In this document: positions 13,115 through 42,500 of the stretch, piece by piece | Layout: each line of letters opens with the position of its first letter | How positions within the stretch are numbered: position 1 is the first letter of the stretch | Origin: Hormiphora californensis | Taxonomy: Eukaryota; Animalia; Ctenophora | Length of the DNA stretch: 64,000 nt | Assembly (NCBI GenBank): GCA_020137815.1 | Contig: CM035360.1 | Span: 5,270,001 to 5,334,000, forward strand | Direction of reading: 5' to 3' | The notes under the pieces: model-generated | The model's input: the letters and a program-made list of their open reading frames with translations, nothing else | Told to the model about the DNA's origin: nothing | Databases searched by the model: none | Program-made: the position numbers and the translations under genes

Positions 13115-16100
13115 TCAGAACATGAACCCGTTCTGTTGGCATTCATTCAGGCTCGGGCGCACCCTCTGAATTGTAATATTCTCTTTCAAAAATGTCTCTA
13201 GAGCATCTTTTCCTCTACTATGTACTCTAAAATCAAAATTGTTCAGAAAATTCTCGTAATCTCTCGCGTTCCTCTGTCCTGTTACTGCCTCTGGGTGGTC
13301 GTTCATTAGGTGCTTGCCGAGGGAACTCCGGTCATTGCCGAGGCGCTGACTGCTCTCATGTTCGTTAACCCTCTCTCTCAGTGGTCTTGCTGTGGCACCA
13401 ATGTACTGTTGTGAGCACCTGCGGCAGGTGGCTTGGTAAACCACGTTCCTCGTGTTGCAGGGGATGTCGGACTGGTGAAGGTTGCAGTTGCAAGGTGGTT
13501 CCGGGGCGAGCTTCCGGCAGAGGGCGGCTTTTACCTCGCTTTTCACCGTCCTTCCAGATGTGGTGACTACCCGGATGGGTATGCCGGTTCTGGCTACACT
13601 GGACTTGAACTTGCGGGTCAATGCCTCGTTGACGTAGGGTATTTTGAGAACGAACTTGGGGTCCGGCGCAGGGTTAGGGGAGGGGGGTTGGGGTGGGGGA
13701 GAGGGAGGGTGAGAGGTGGGGGTGGGGGTGGGGGTAGGGGTGGACGGTGATAGCTGTGTGGGTGGGGTTGAGTGTATGGTGGTGTGCTTGTGCTTGCTCA
13801 CTTCCTCGCTGATGGAGGTGGTGACACGGGTGAGGGGGTAGCCTGAGTTCACCAGGTTTTTACGGAGTGTCTCCAAATGTGGCCATGCCAAGTCGATGCT
13901 GGAACAAAGACTAAGCACTCTCCTGGTTTCTGTGGAGATGATATTGAGCTTCGTTTTCATCTCACAATGGGAAGAGAAGGGGAGGTATGCACCTGAGTGT
14001 GTCTCCTTCTGGAACATTTGGTGGGTAATGTTTCCCTCCTTGGTGATGGTGATTGAGAGGTCCAGAAACGAGATGGTGCGGTTCCTTGGTTCCTCTATTG
14101 TGAAGGAGAGTTGTCCTTCTCCCCATACGTTGTTCAGCTTTTGGAGGAACATCTGTGCGTCTTCAGGGGTCTTCCATAGTGAGTTCGAATCATCAACGTA
14201 TGTTCCGATGTAGAGGGGTTTACGGTGATCGTCCATATTCAGGACAGCTCGACGGTAGGTGAAGTCTACTATTATCTCAGCGTATGCCCCTGATGAGTGA
14301 TAGCCTGTTCCTACACCCGTAGTTTGGAGGAAGTACTGTCCGCAGGCTCGAGCATATGTGTGGGAGGTGATGAACTTGATGAATTGTGTGATGTGAGCAG
14401 GGGTGAAGCCAAGGAGGTCGATGGTGGTTTGGTATTCCTCGAGGTAGCCTCTGACAATTTCCATCGCGGTGTTGTCTGTGGGTATCGAGGGGTACATCGA
14501 CTCGATGTCCATGGATACTATTGTGTGATCTGGGCCAAGGGCTGGGGTGTGGGGTAGGGGTGGGGTTGGGGATGGGGATGGGGATGGGGATGGGGATGGG
14601 GATGGGGAGGGTTGGTTGTGCTGCTCCACCCAGGGGCTCAGGCAGTTCTTGATGAATGTTTTGCTTGAGTCTACCCTGTACCGCAGGTGAGGGAGGAGTT
14701 GAGCTAGGACCTCAGCAACAATTACATCCAGCTTCTCGACCGCACTGCCTGCTACCGGCTGTACCACACGCACCTTTGTATTTGGGAAAGCAGGTTTATG
14801 GTCTTTAGCTAAAGGGTAGACAATAGGGGCTGTGCAGTGTCTTGATGTGAGCCGTGTTTGCAGGTAGCTGTTGTGTATCCCCGATTCGTGTAGGCAGGTC
14901 TTGATTAGGGAGTTGGCCGCAGTTTGGAAAGCCTGTGAGGGGTCTTCCGAGAGCTGGATCCATCCATTGGAGAAGTGTTGTTTCAGCTTTTCCTCACATG
15001 TGGTTGTGGGGAGTGTGCAGAAACGGTTTGTTTTGTCCGTTGGGAGGATGGTAACATCGTTTAGCTCTGCTGTGGTCCTGAGGCTCTCCAGATCTGCTTT
15101 GTTGTGGTTTCTGGGAACCTTCCAACTGCTCTTGGTTTTGAGGATCGGTGAGAGGTGTTCTCTGAGCTGACGGATCGATGATTCGGTGGCTTCATCAGCT
15201 GGTCTCGGGGGTTGGATGCCGAGGTGTTCGAACTTTCCCGCTACTCTGAGGAGGGATGGTGGTGCCTCTTGTTGTTGGTGTTGGTTGTTTCCTGGCGGGG
15301 TGGAGGGTTCGTTCTGTCGCCGTGATCCTGCTTCAGCTGCGGCTGCATATCTGATCGCACAGATTGTGCGTTCGAGTGCAATGGTGGCTGTGGTTGCTAG
15401 TTGGTGAGGGGGTGATGTGGGGTTGAGCATGAAACCAGGTGAGTTGGTAAGTAGTTTCTTGCATGCGGGTGGGAGCGGTGTGGCGGCATGTTCCAGTACC
15501 AAGGAGGTGGTGGTGGGTGTAAGGGATGGGGCGTTGGGTGGGGCTGGGGTTGGGGTAGGTGGAGTAGGGTTGGGGAGGGGTGGGGGAGGGGTGGGGGTTT
15601 TGGGTTTGGGGGTTGGGGGTACCCTGGCACGTACCTTAGCGTTCTCAAGCTTGCTCTGGTGTTTGCGGTTCAGGAATTCCGTGTGGGCTGCTCTCTCTTT
15701 ATCGATGCTCGTCATGATGGTTTGGAACTCAGTAGCTGTGAGAGTTGCCGCCAGGTCTGATGTTGCGGATTTTAATCTTACACTTTGTAACCGGAGTGTG
15801 AGATATTTATCTCCTATCTCCGCTTTGAGCAGGTATTGCTTGAAGCTGTGGACTTTCCGGCCATATTTTCCTCTTCCTCTCAGGTATCGCTTGGTTGCCT
15901 CAGGATCCACAGTGTTGAGAGGGGCTGCGAAGTTAGAGCATGGGTGGTTGTCAGGGAAAATTGAAGGGAGCCACATGTTTGCCAGGTGGGCTGGGAGGAG
16001 TTTCTCTTTGCGGAGCGATTTGAGGTAGGCGATCTGTGCTATGGTGCTGTCTACCTTTTCACTGAGTCCCTGCACTCTAACAATGTTCCGGTGGACTCGG

Positions 16101-16234
16101 GAATTTCCCGGTTGCATCTGCTGTCCCAACCCTGACGGGCTGGTGACACCGACCGCGGTATAGTAGTGCTTGGAGTGGGGGCCACTGTTGGACCTCCGAA
16201 CTGGTCTCGCGTATGTTAGCGTGTAATCAGGCAT
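13115..16234 (-). CDS. Penelope reverse transcriptase plus C-terminal GIY-YIG endonuclease, 1039 aa, intact
   Basis: ILPTDKTN, AKDHKP, VSMDIESMYPSIP, QTTGVGTG, YVDD, ISFLDL; NVVYQATCRRCSQQYIGAT..R..EH..E..LN. Confidence 0.95.
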   Translation of the reverse strand: MPDYTLTYARPVRRSNSGPHSKHYYTAVGVTSPSGLGQQMQPGNSRVHRNIVRVQGLSEKVDSTIAQIAYLKSLRKEKLLPAHLANMWLPSIFPDNHPCSNFAAPLNTVDPEATKRYLRGRGKYGRKVHSFKQYLLKAEIGDKYLTLRLQSVRLKSATSDLAATLTATEFQTIMTSIDKERAAHTEFLNRKHQSKLENAKVRARVPPTPKPKTPTPPPPLPNPTPPTPTPAPPNAPSLTPTTTSLVLEHAATPLPPACKKLLTNSPGFMLNPTSPPHQLATTATIALERTICAIRYAAAAEAGSRRQNEPSTPPGNNQHQQQEAPPSLLRVAGKFEHLGIQPPRPADEATESSIRQLREHLSPILKTKSSWKVPRNHNKADLESLRTTAELNDVTILPTDKTNRFCTLPTTTCEEKLKQHFSNGWIQLSEDPSQAFQTAANSLIKTCLHESGIHNSYLQTRLTSRHCTAPIVYPLAKDHKPAFPNTKVRVVQPVAGSAVEKLDVIVAEVLAQLLPHLRYRVDSSKTFIKNCLSPWVEQHNQPSPSPSPSPSPSPSPTPPLPHTPALGPDHTIVSMDIESMYPSIPTDNTAMEIVRGYLEEYQTTIDLLGFTPAHITQFIKFITSHTYARACGQYFLQTTGVGTGYHSSGAYAEIIVDFTYRRAVLNMDDHRKPLYIGTYVDDSNSLWKTPEDAQMFLQKLNNVWGEGQLSFTIEEPRNRTISFLDLSITITKEGNITHQMFQKETHSGAYLPFSSHCEMKTKLNIISTETRRVLSLCSSIDLAWPHLETLRKNLVNSGYPLTRVTTSISEEVSKHKHTTIHSTPPTQLSPSTPTPTPTPTSHPPSPPPQPPSPNPAPDPKFVLKIPYVNEALTRKFKSSVARTGIPIRVVTTSGRTVKSEVKAALCRKLAPEPPCNCNLHQSDIPCNTRNVVYQATCRRCSQQYIGATARPLRERVNEHESSQRLGNDRSSLGKHLMNDHPEAVTGQRNARDYENFLNNFDFRVHSRGKDALETFLKENITIQRVRPSLNECQQNGFMF

Positions 16235-16273
16235 TCAGGAAAAAAGACGTTGATTCAGTTGTTCAAAATCAAA

Positions 16274-16327
16274 TAGCTATTATAACAAACGTTTCGACAT
16301 AAGAATGTCCTCTTCAGTGTTAAGCTA
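16274..16327 (-). ncRNA. Minimal type I hammerhead ribozyme (5' pLTR copy, 40 nt before the ATG)
   Basis: Same sequence as 12890-12943, offset 3384. Confidence 0.85.
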
Positions 16328-18190
16328 ACGTCTGTAAACAAAATGCACTAATTTAAACGGTGCTCCTTCATAAACATAACACATAACCGGTCAATTAGTG
16401 GGTTTACCCGGTCCGAAATATGATCGCAGACGGGTCCGTGTTCTGATAGTTTGTAAGTCTGGGTGGACCCGTGTAAGACTAAACTAGTCAGAAACTGATC
16501 AGAACATGAACCCGTTCTGTTGGCATTCATTCAGGCTCGGGCGCACCCTCTGAATTGTAATATTCTCTTTCAAAAATGTCTCTAGAGCATCTTTTCCTCT
16601 ACTATGTACTCTAAAATCAAAATTGTTCAGAAAATTCTCGTAATCTCTCGCGTTCCTCTGTCCTGTTACTGCCTCTGGGTGGTCGTTCATTAGGTGCTTG
16701 CCGAGGGAACTCCGGTCATTGCCGAGGCGCTGACTGCTCTCATGTTCGTTAACCCTCTCTCTCAGTGGTCTTGCTGTGGCACCAATGTACTGTTGTGAGC
16801 ACCTGCGGCAGGTGGCTTGGTAAACCACGTTCCTCGTGTTGCAGGGGATGTCGGACTGGTGAAGGTTGCAGTTGCAAGGTGGTTCCGGGGCGAGCTTCCG
16901 GCAGAGGGCGGCTTTTACCTCGCTTTTCACCGTCCTTCCAGATGTGGTGACTACCCGGATGGGTATGCCGGTTCTGGCTACACTGGACTTGAACTTGCGG
17001 GTCAATGCCTCGTTGACGTAGGGTATTTTGAGAACGAACTTGGGGTCCGGCGCAGGGTTAGGGGAGGGGGGTTGGGGTGGGGGAGAGGGAGGGTGAGAGG
17101 TGGGCCCCCACTCCAAGCACTACTATACCGCGGTCGGTGTCACCAGCCCGTCAGGGTTGGGACAGCAGTGGAAATAGTTGCTCAAAACGATTATCTATGT
17201 GGCCCAAAAATTTTAGAACTTTTCCGCCAAAGATGTGGTGTACAGAGCTTGTTTTGTGAAACCCGTCTTTTTGAAAAAGAGGGAAATTCCCTGTATATCA
17301 AAAACGGATGATCGTAGAGACCTGCGACCAAGCTTAATCGATTCAGAAGGTCCGATTTTGGGGGGTCTTCTGAGAGACATTTTGCTCCTACTCCAACCGT
17401 TTTTGCTGTAACTGCGAAAAAGGTATCAGCAAGTAAGGGGGAAATCAGCCCGAAGCAGGCTACTGGAATAGGGTTGTTCCCCCTTTTCATAGAATTGGTT
17501 TTTTGCAGTTACAGCAAAAACGGTTGGAGTAGGAGCAAAATGTCTCTCAGAAGACCCCCCCAAAATCGGACCTTCTGAATCGATTAAGCTTGGTCGCAGG
17601 TCTCTACGATCATCCGTTTTTGATATACAGGGAATTTCCCTCTTTTTCAAAAAGACGGGTTTCACAAAACAAACTCTGTACACCACATCTTTGGCGGAAA
17701 AGTTCCAAAATTTTTGGGCCACATAGATAATCGTTTTGAGCAACTATGTCCAGATTTTCATCTCTAATGAAGCATGGGAACATTCTCAGCCAGCGTGTCA
17801 AAGACGCAAACAATTAAACCGTTCTCATGGCCAGAAATAAGCTCCATTTCAAAAATCCTTCTTTGGGCTTATTCTCCTTTATATTCTCTTCAAATTCCAA
17901 GAATTTAATGTTTCTATCTCAAAAAAAGTGGTCCCGAGGTTAAAAATTCCAACAAAAATTGAAAAAACGCCACTTTGAAAATAGGCTGTAGCAAAAATAT
18001 GAATTCGACTTTAGGGCTAAAATTGCATATTTGAGGTCCATTTTGTATGGCCTAAACCCTGGTGAAGTCATTTGGTTGGGCACTCGATGATGAAAAACGC
18101 CAGGTGCACCCTTAATACTATAACAATCTGAACAAAACCCCGTGGTCACATGATACACGTCAAAGTAACAGTTCCAGTAACGGTCCCTTT

Positions 18191-36045
<17,855 letters not shown>

Positions 36046-36046
36046 C

Positions 36047-36300
36047 CTAGCAAAGTGGAGAGAGGGGGTTAGAGAGAGGGAGAGAGGGGGTTAGAGAGGG
36101 CATTTGTAGAGGGAGAGAGAGGGGGTTAGAGAGGGCATTTGTAGAGGGAGAGAGAGAGGGGGTTTGAGATGGGATCTAGCAAAGTGGAGAGAGGGGGTTT
36201 GAGATGGGATCTAGCAAAGTGGAGAGAGGGGGTTAAAGATGGGATCTAGCAAAGTGGAGAGAGGGGGTTACAGAGAGGGCCTAGTGAAATGGAGAGAGAG
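36047..36300 (-). repeat. Tandem repeats of the PLAA upstream 3' splice-site unit
   Basis: ctagcaaagtggagagagggggtt at 36047, 36176, 36211, 36246. Confidence 0.8.
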
Positions 36301-36505
36301 GGAGGACCTGGGATTTGGGCCGGTTAGTGAGTACTCAAGAGTAACGGTAAACGATGGAGTTAAAACACAAACAATAATGTCTTGCATTATCACACATATG
36401 AATTCGGGTATTTAGTGATGATTTCTTTTTTCATTTTTTTAGTTCATAAGGGTCTGAATTCTGAAGCTGTCTCTGGTATTATTGATAGGGGAGACATCCC
36501 ATCTT

Positions 36506-39500
36506 TCAGTCGATATCCATTTGTTTCTTGTCTCGTTCCCGTTTCAGTTTTACTAAGTCGTCCTGTAGCCGCTGCTTTAGGAAAGAGTTGGACGTCCTCT
36601 CCACTTCAACCTCCAAACCCTTTATTTTTCTATCGAGAGTCTGAAAACAAGAGGAAGAGTGTTAGTGCAACTCAATTTGGCATAGGATGGCAGGTGTTTT
36701 AGGCCCACCCTGTACGGCTTCATACCACGTACCTCTAGTTCAAAGTGTGCCTCCTGACTACCCGTGTTGATTAGCAGGTCCGAGGATTTAATCGTGCTAA
36801 CCGGCCTGTTCTCAAGGCTCTGTGCAGTTAGGGTACTTTCCTAGGAAACAGCAAAATGTTAGTGAAAGTGAAAGTGAAAGTAAAGTACATGAAAGTGAAA
36901 GTAAAGTACACGAAAGTGAAAGTAAAGTAAAGTAAGGGAAAGTGAAAGTGAAAGTATTCCACCTACCTCCTCATCAGCACTGCTATCACCATCATCACTA
37001 CTAAGATCCTGGAACATATCAAACAGCTCCTTCGATATACCCCCATCGGGATCATCTGCATCAACATCCTGGAAAAGGGGGAAATTTAGTTACTCCTTCA
37101 TAAAATATTCCGTGCTCCTTTATAAAGTTTTGTAAACTAGAGAGACAAATATATCTTACCTCCGCAGCAGGTTTGTCAAGGAATTCTTGGGGTGTCTCTA
37201 GAATCTTAGAGATATCACAGCTGCTCTTATTTGGATCTGAAACAAAATTAAATTTCAAATTTGTTTTGATGACAATTTTTGTAGTAACTCCGTCCACTAA
37301 AATTCAATCCCATGCTCTCTTCAATAAATTAACAATGCCCATTATTATACCTGATTGTTGAGTTGTGTTGGCAGGTCCTGCACCTCCCATCTCACCACCA
37401 GGTGCATCAGCAGGTGCCGCACTTGGTTTCTGGTTATCGTATATTATCTCCGTAGTAACTGATATTGCACTAATATCTGCCCTTAGCAACCGTCGAACCT
37501 TTTTTACAAATTTCAGAAATTGATAAGTTTATACGATAATTCATGTGGGTGAGTGCTGATAGACGATGTATTTTTTTTTCCCGTGAAGGCCTTCGAAGGT
37601 AGGGTTCGAATAGCTGGTATGCTACTTACCTCTTTTTCAACTTCGGGATCATCAATAATTTTCTTGGGAGCTGTCTTCCTAAATCTTTTCTTCCTCACAT
37701 TCTTGAAGGGAGGGCAGACACCGTGCTGGTGCACATATTTCTTGTGCTCTATCTTCTCTTTTCTTAACTCCTGGTTTTTAGATATCTCGTCCTCCGGTAT
37801 GGGGGCGTCACTCACCTGGAGCAAAATAGACGTGGATATAATATTTATATTAACCGCATCAGCTGTGTTTCTCTTGTCTCGAAGACGCTAAATAAACACC
37901 CATGCTGCCTTTATCCTTCCACTTTCTGCAACCCCTAAATTTGTCTCAACTTTGCATTATATATACAAGGGGATCACATTCGGGATCACTTGGAAAGTGA
38001 GGAAAAAGGGAAGACCGTACAGAATTGGGGATCGGTTCTGTGACCTGTGCACTACCGAAAAGATGGAGATTTTGATGGAGTCCAGGAACCACCAACTCCT
38101 AAACCGGAGAAGCGAGATCATGGGTAGTTGCAGAAATCACAAGAAATACAATCTCTAACTGGATGGCTTTATGAAGGAGCAAGCAAGAAACCTGGAACGG
38201 GACAAGTGTGATTCAGTTCTGATGAAATACAATTTGTATTGAAACACTAGTAGGCCCGTTCGCCCTACGGGCGAATTTCGGGGAAATGATCGCTTGATTA
38301 AGGAACCTGGAACGCTGACATCACCTGCACCATCCGTTCCTAGCCTATATCTCACTTTCTCCCTACCCATGTTGCTGTACGCTCTGGGCTTCCTGACAAT
38401 GTCAAGGTGCGAATTTAAGAGATCAATGTCAGGGAGGTGCAGTGCTGTTCCATAAACTCATCACGTGAAAACTTGGCCGCTATGTAGTATGTAGCCGATT
38501 CGGAGATTTCTATATTCGACTGGAGTAATCACCCTTGGGCGAAGTTGGGTAAAGCTATCAGTAGTCGTTGATTGGCTCGCTTGAACACGTGGTCGTGGCG
38601 TAATCTGTCATATTCTCTAGCCTGCTCCCTGACAGCAGCAGTTCTCCTGGACCTAGATAAACGTTGCCTAATCCGCAATAGCGCTTGGGGTGGAAGAGCT
38701 ATACATCAGGACAGAAGAATGCACGTGCAGAATTGAATTTCCCCTTGGTACCCAACTTCAACTGGCATGGGAGAGAGGTCTCCAGCTCACTCTAATAATT
38801 GCACGTGCAAGTGTAGTTGCTAGGTGATCTCTGTCACACAATTTGCTTAGTAAGTAGTATGATGGTGGAAATTATTACCTTATAAGGCCTTATAAGGTAA
38901 TAATTTCCACCTATATATATATATAATGCGACACGCATTGATCGAAGGTATGTTGTCTCATATAAGACCGTCCTCTTCGCACCGGGCCGAAGGCCCGGCG
39001 CGGCTACGCGAGGCGCTGTGTGTGACAAAAGGTATGCAAATGACTGCACATTATTCCTTATGAGGAATAATGTGCAGTCATCTGATCAATGCGTGTCGTT
39101 CTTTGTAAGAGCTGGTCGCTGGATTCAGATAATTCTCTCTAGCTCTCTCTCTCTCTCTCTCCCTCCCCTCTCTCCTTCTCTCCCACTCTTTTAGGAAGTT
39201 CAATTCGGTTTCGTTGTGTCTCTCCCCGTTTACCTTGTAGCCTTTGTACACAAATTGCCTACTTGCAAACATGCGTGTTGAAAGCGAAACTACACCCGAC
39301 TCCACTTCCTTAATGTTTTTATGACCCTGTGAAAGCTGACTCTACAAACACTAACAATCTGTCCAATAAACTGTCCCGCGATCAGTTGAACTCTCTTGCT
39401 TCTTTCGTGAATATTCTCCATGCTTAAGACAAGACAGTATTTCCCAAGGGTACAGTGTTGGCTAAGTTATGTTGGGACATTGAGCTGTGATCAGTGTTAG

Positions 39501-42500
39501 ATTATAACCTCCTTATTGGAGTATCATCTGTGGGGGGGCTCTAAATGTAAGGAAATATCATAGATGGATTAAAACTTGGTAAATTATTCTAAGCTTTCCC
39601 AACCGCCCCTATTTGCAACCCATTTCAATATTGACTGACCTAGAAAAGTGACTTATTGATGTTTTCAAATACCTAACGTCCCAATTTATGCATTTGACGC
39701 TTTTTACAGATAGTCTCTAGCTCTCTCTCTCCCTCCCCTCTCTCCTTCTCTCCCGCTCGGCAGGTCGGAAGAATCTCCCTCTCTAGAACAAACAGCTCCT
39801 CCCATTCTCTAGAACATGCCACGTTGTTGTAGTGATAGCATTTATATAGGTTAAACTTGGGTATATTAGGCTGTCCAGTAAATAATTTCGTTGGGCTTTT
39901 CTGGGAAAATGGTTTAAGATAGAGAAAAATGGACTTCACCACTGTTTTTAGCACTCGATTTTGTATCGGAATATAATGCCTGATATTGGAATGTGGTTGT
40001 TCTCGGTTCCCACGAGGCCTCTTTCTATACCCCACTCTCGTTGCTGCTGCATATATATGGAAAATCACGATTTTCAAGTTTTAGTACTAAACCTGCTGTA
40101 CTTCTTGAAAATTGTACATGAGTGATGTTTTGTTGCATCAAGCTTGTTCATTAGACAATTATCTTTCGTTTGAGATGTAATAAAAGATCCTATCTTTATT
40201 TTTCACTGAGCAATGGGCTTCTGAAAATTTTTGGTCAAAGTTAGAAACTTTCACTTCCGGGTCTCATTAGGATTGGCTTATAATAAAAAAAACTCTGCAG
40301 TAAAAGTTAGTTCTAAGTCAGTTCTAAGACGTAGTGAACCCAATTATGTGATTGGCTGACTTAAAAAGTGAGTTATTGATGTTTTCAAAAATACCCGTAA
40401 AACAGGCCCAATTTTTTTGCACTTTGACGCTTTTTAATGTTACATTAACTGTTCTAGAGGTTATAAGTCAACACCTAGAGCCTAAAATCGCAAACATAGC
40501 TCATCCTTAGACAATTTGCTATCGATTAAGCACCATAGGAGCTAAAAAGACTGAACCAGTTTTCATAGGGCAGCGTTTAGAAAACTTTGGTAACCCCGTG
40601 CAGCAGCAACAAAAGTGGGGTAGAGAAAATAGCCTGCTGGGAACCGAGAACAACCACATACCGATATCAGGCATTGTATTCCGATTCAAAATCGAGTGCT
40701 AAAAACAGTGGTGAAGTCCATTTTGCTCTATCTTAAACCATTTTCCCAGAAAAGCCCAACGAAATTATTTACTGGACAGCCTAGTATTATATGACTGCCT
40801 TCCCACCTGTCTGCCTATTTTGCCACCGCATATTCTATATTTGAATGTCTTATATGTTGCTGCTTGTTTTACTTTTTAATAAGGCATCTCCCCATTTTAC
40901 AGAGTAATAACATGGTTTCCGAAGTTCCAGTACCGCTGAATTTTGGCCGGCACCTTCTCAAATTGTCCCGGTTTAACGACTTCGTTCTGACGGCGAGTGG
41001 AGGTGTGGAATTGAAGGGAAATTCCATGATTCTCTCCTTCAACAGCCCAGTCATCATGGACTTGGTCAGTCAACAAGGGTGTATGGCTGTTGATTTTGAG
41101 GAATTTGGAGAGGATACCGTGAGAGCTGTTCTTCTCTCCTGCTACACCGGCACTGCTACCATCACCAAGGAGAATTTTAGGGAAATTAACAAGATTGCTA
41201 TAGCTCTGAAGATTGAGTGGTTGAGAAAGTGTTGTTTAAAGTTTCTCCGGGAAATGTGTAAGGCTGTTAAGACTGAAGCTGACCTACAGTGGCTGTTTTT
41301 GGAAGCAGAATATGTAGTTAGAGAGGCGAATGATTGTTTCTTGGCAGAAGCGCTAAGCAGCAGTTTGTCTAGTGTAGCAAAGAGTGTTCTCATGAAAAAG
41401 TTTGCCCCACTCTCCATAAGGAATTCTTCAGTTTCCTCTATGACTATCTGCCTTACTATCTCTCTAACTGATACCTTTGCTGCGCTAGTAGAATCGCTGC
41501 AAGAACGTGTGACAGAAGCTGGAAATCTGCACATCACTGCAACCGATAGAAGGATTCTAACCAGTGATAACTTAGTGGCTTATCGAACTTCAGATCCGGC
41601 AGGGTTTGAGACCCTGGTAAACTTGCTGGAGGAGTCAGGAGATGAACAAATTATGATGAATTTGTGGAGGGTCTACCGAAATAAAAATCTTCCTTTTACA
41701 AGAGGACAACAGTATATCGGAGGAGACCTTGTTCTAAACTCGATATTCTTGGATGGAGAAAAGTACGTAAGTAACAAAGAAATCCATCAACCGAACGAAG
41801 CAGAAAATCTCATTGAGAAATTGCTGGCTGATGATAGAGTTAGAAACTATAACATTTTCATTGATGCGATAGCGTTCTGCGAATTCTTCAACTCCAGAAA
41901 ATTATACGATCGGACCCGGAGTGGAAACAATGTTGCGTATGTTGGGACACAATGTAGTGAACATTGGCTAATCAACCACCCTACCACCCCTAATCAACGA
42001 ATTAACTCCCTGCTTAGAAAAGCAGCGGACAAGTTAGGTAGACCGCATTTCATACCACAATTTACACAGAACTTGCAAAACTTTTCAACTACCGTCTCAG
42101 GCTCTTTTGAGGCAGCTGACAATATCAAAAGGAATTCATTATATCCATTTGAAGTCGGGCAAAAAGCATTTGTTAAACACTTTACAAGAGAAAGGACATA
42201 TAACTTTCTAATGTCAACTAATGAAAACAGTGATTGCAAACTCGGTCCAGGTGCTTGCTGGATCGGGGCTCACTTCATGCCATCGGAAGAAGCTCCTTCA
42301 GCTGTTACATTTATTGATAATCAGTCGACTGCTAAAAAGCTACAGCCATCAGGTCATTACCATTACAATGATCTGGATAGGGTTCATTTCTACTTGAGGC
42401 CAAGGTTTATAGTTGACCGAGATAATGGTAAGGTTAAAGATTCGCCTTTGCTGATTTCTCTAAGCTGGTGGCCTGGTAACTGGCAATTGTTTCAGGACAT

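Larger units (their letters stand above)
12783..17168 (-). mobile_element. Penelope-like retroelement, partial-tandem (pLTR) structure with inverted 5' segment
   Basis: ~940-bp direct repeat (12783-13720 = 16167-17104); inverted piece 17103-17168; 12-bp TSD tggaaatagttg at 12771-12782 and 17169-17180; empty site visible in the other MITE arm (~17731-17760). Confidence 0.95.
12321..18111. mobile_element. Foldback non-autonomous DNA transposon, Kolobok-like (~1.3 kb without insertions)
   Basis: TTAA|GGGTACACCTGGCG ... CGCCAGGTGCACCC|TTAA. TTAA TSD with RR..YY ends matches Kolobok. Arms ~600 bp around spacer ~17421-17498. Left arm interrupted by Penelope and an 83-bp insert. Confidence 0.85.

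Noticed and set aside
13040-13117. SECIS element making the Penelope terminal UGA a selenocysteine
   Set aside because: No AUGA/GA quartet with apical AA recognised
13381-16028. Plus-strand ORFs overlapping Penelope (also antisense ORFs in BCCT and BTB)
   Set aside because: Shadow frames with no recognisable motifs
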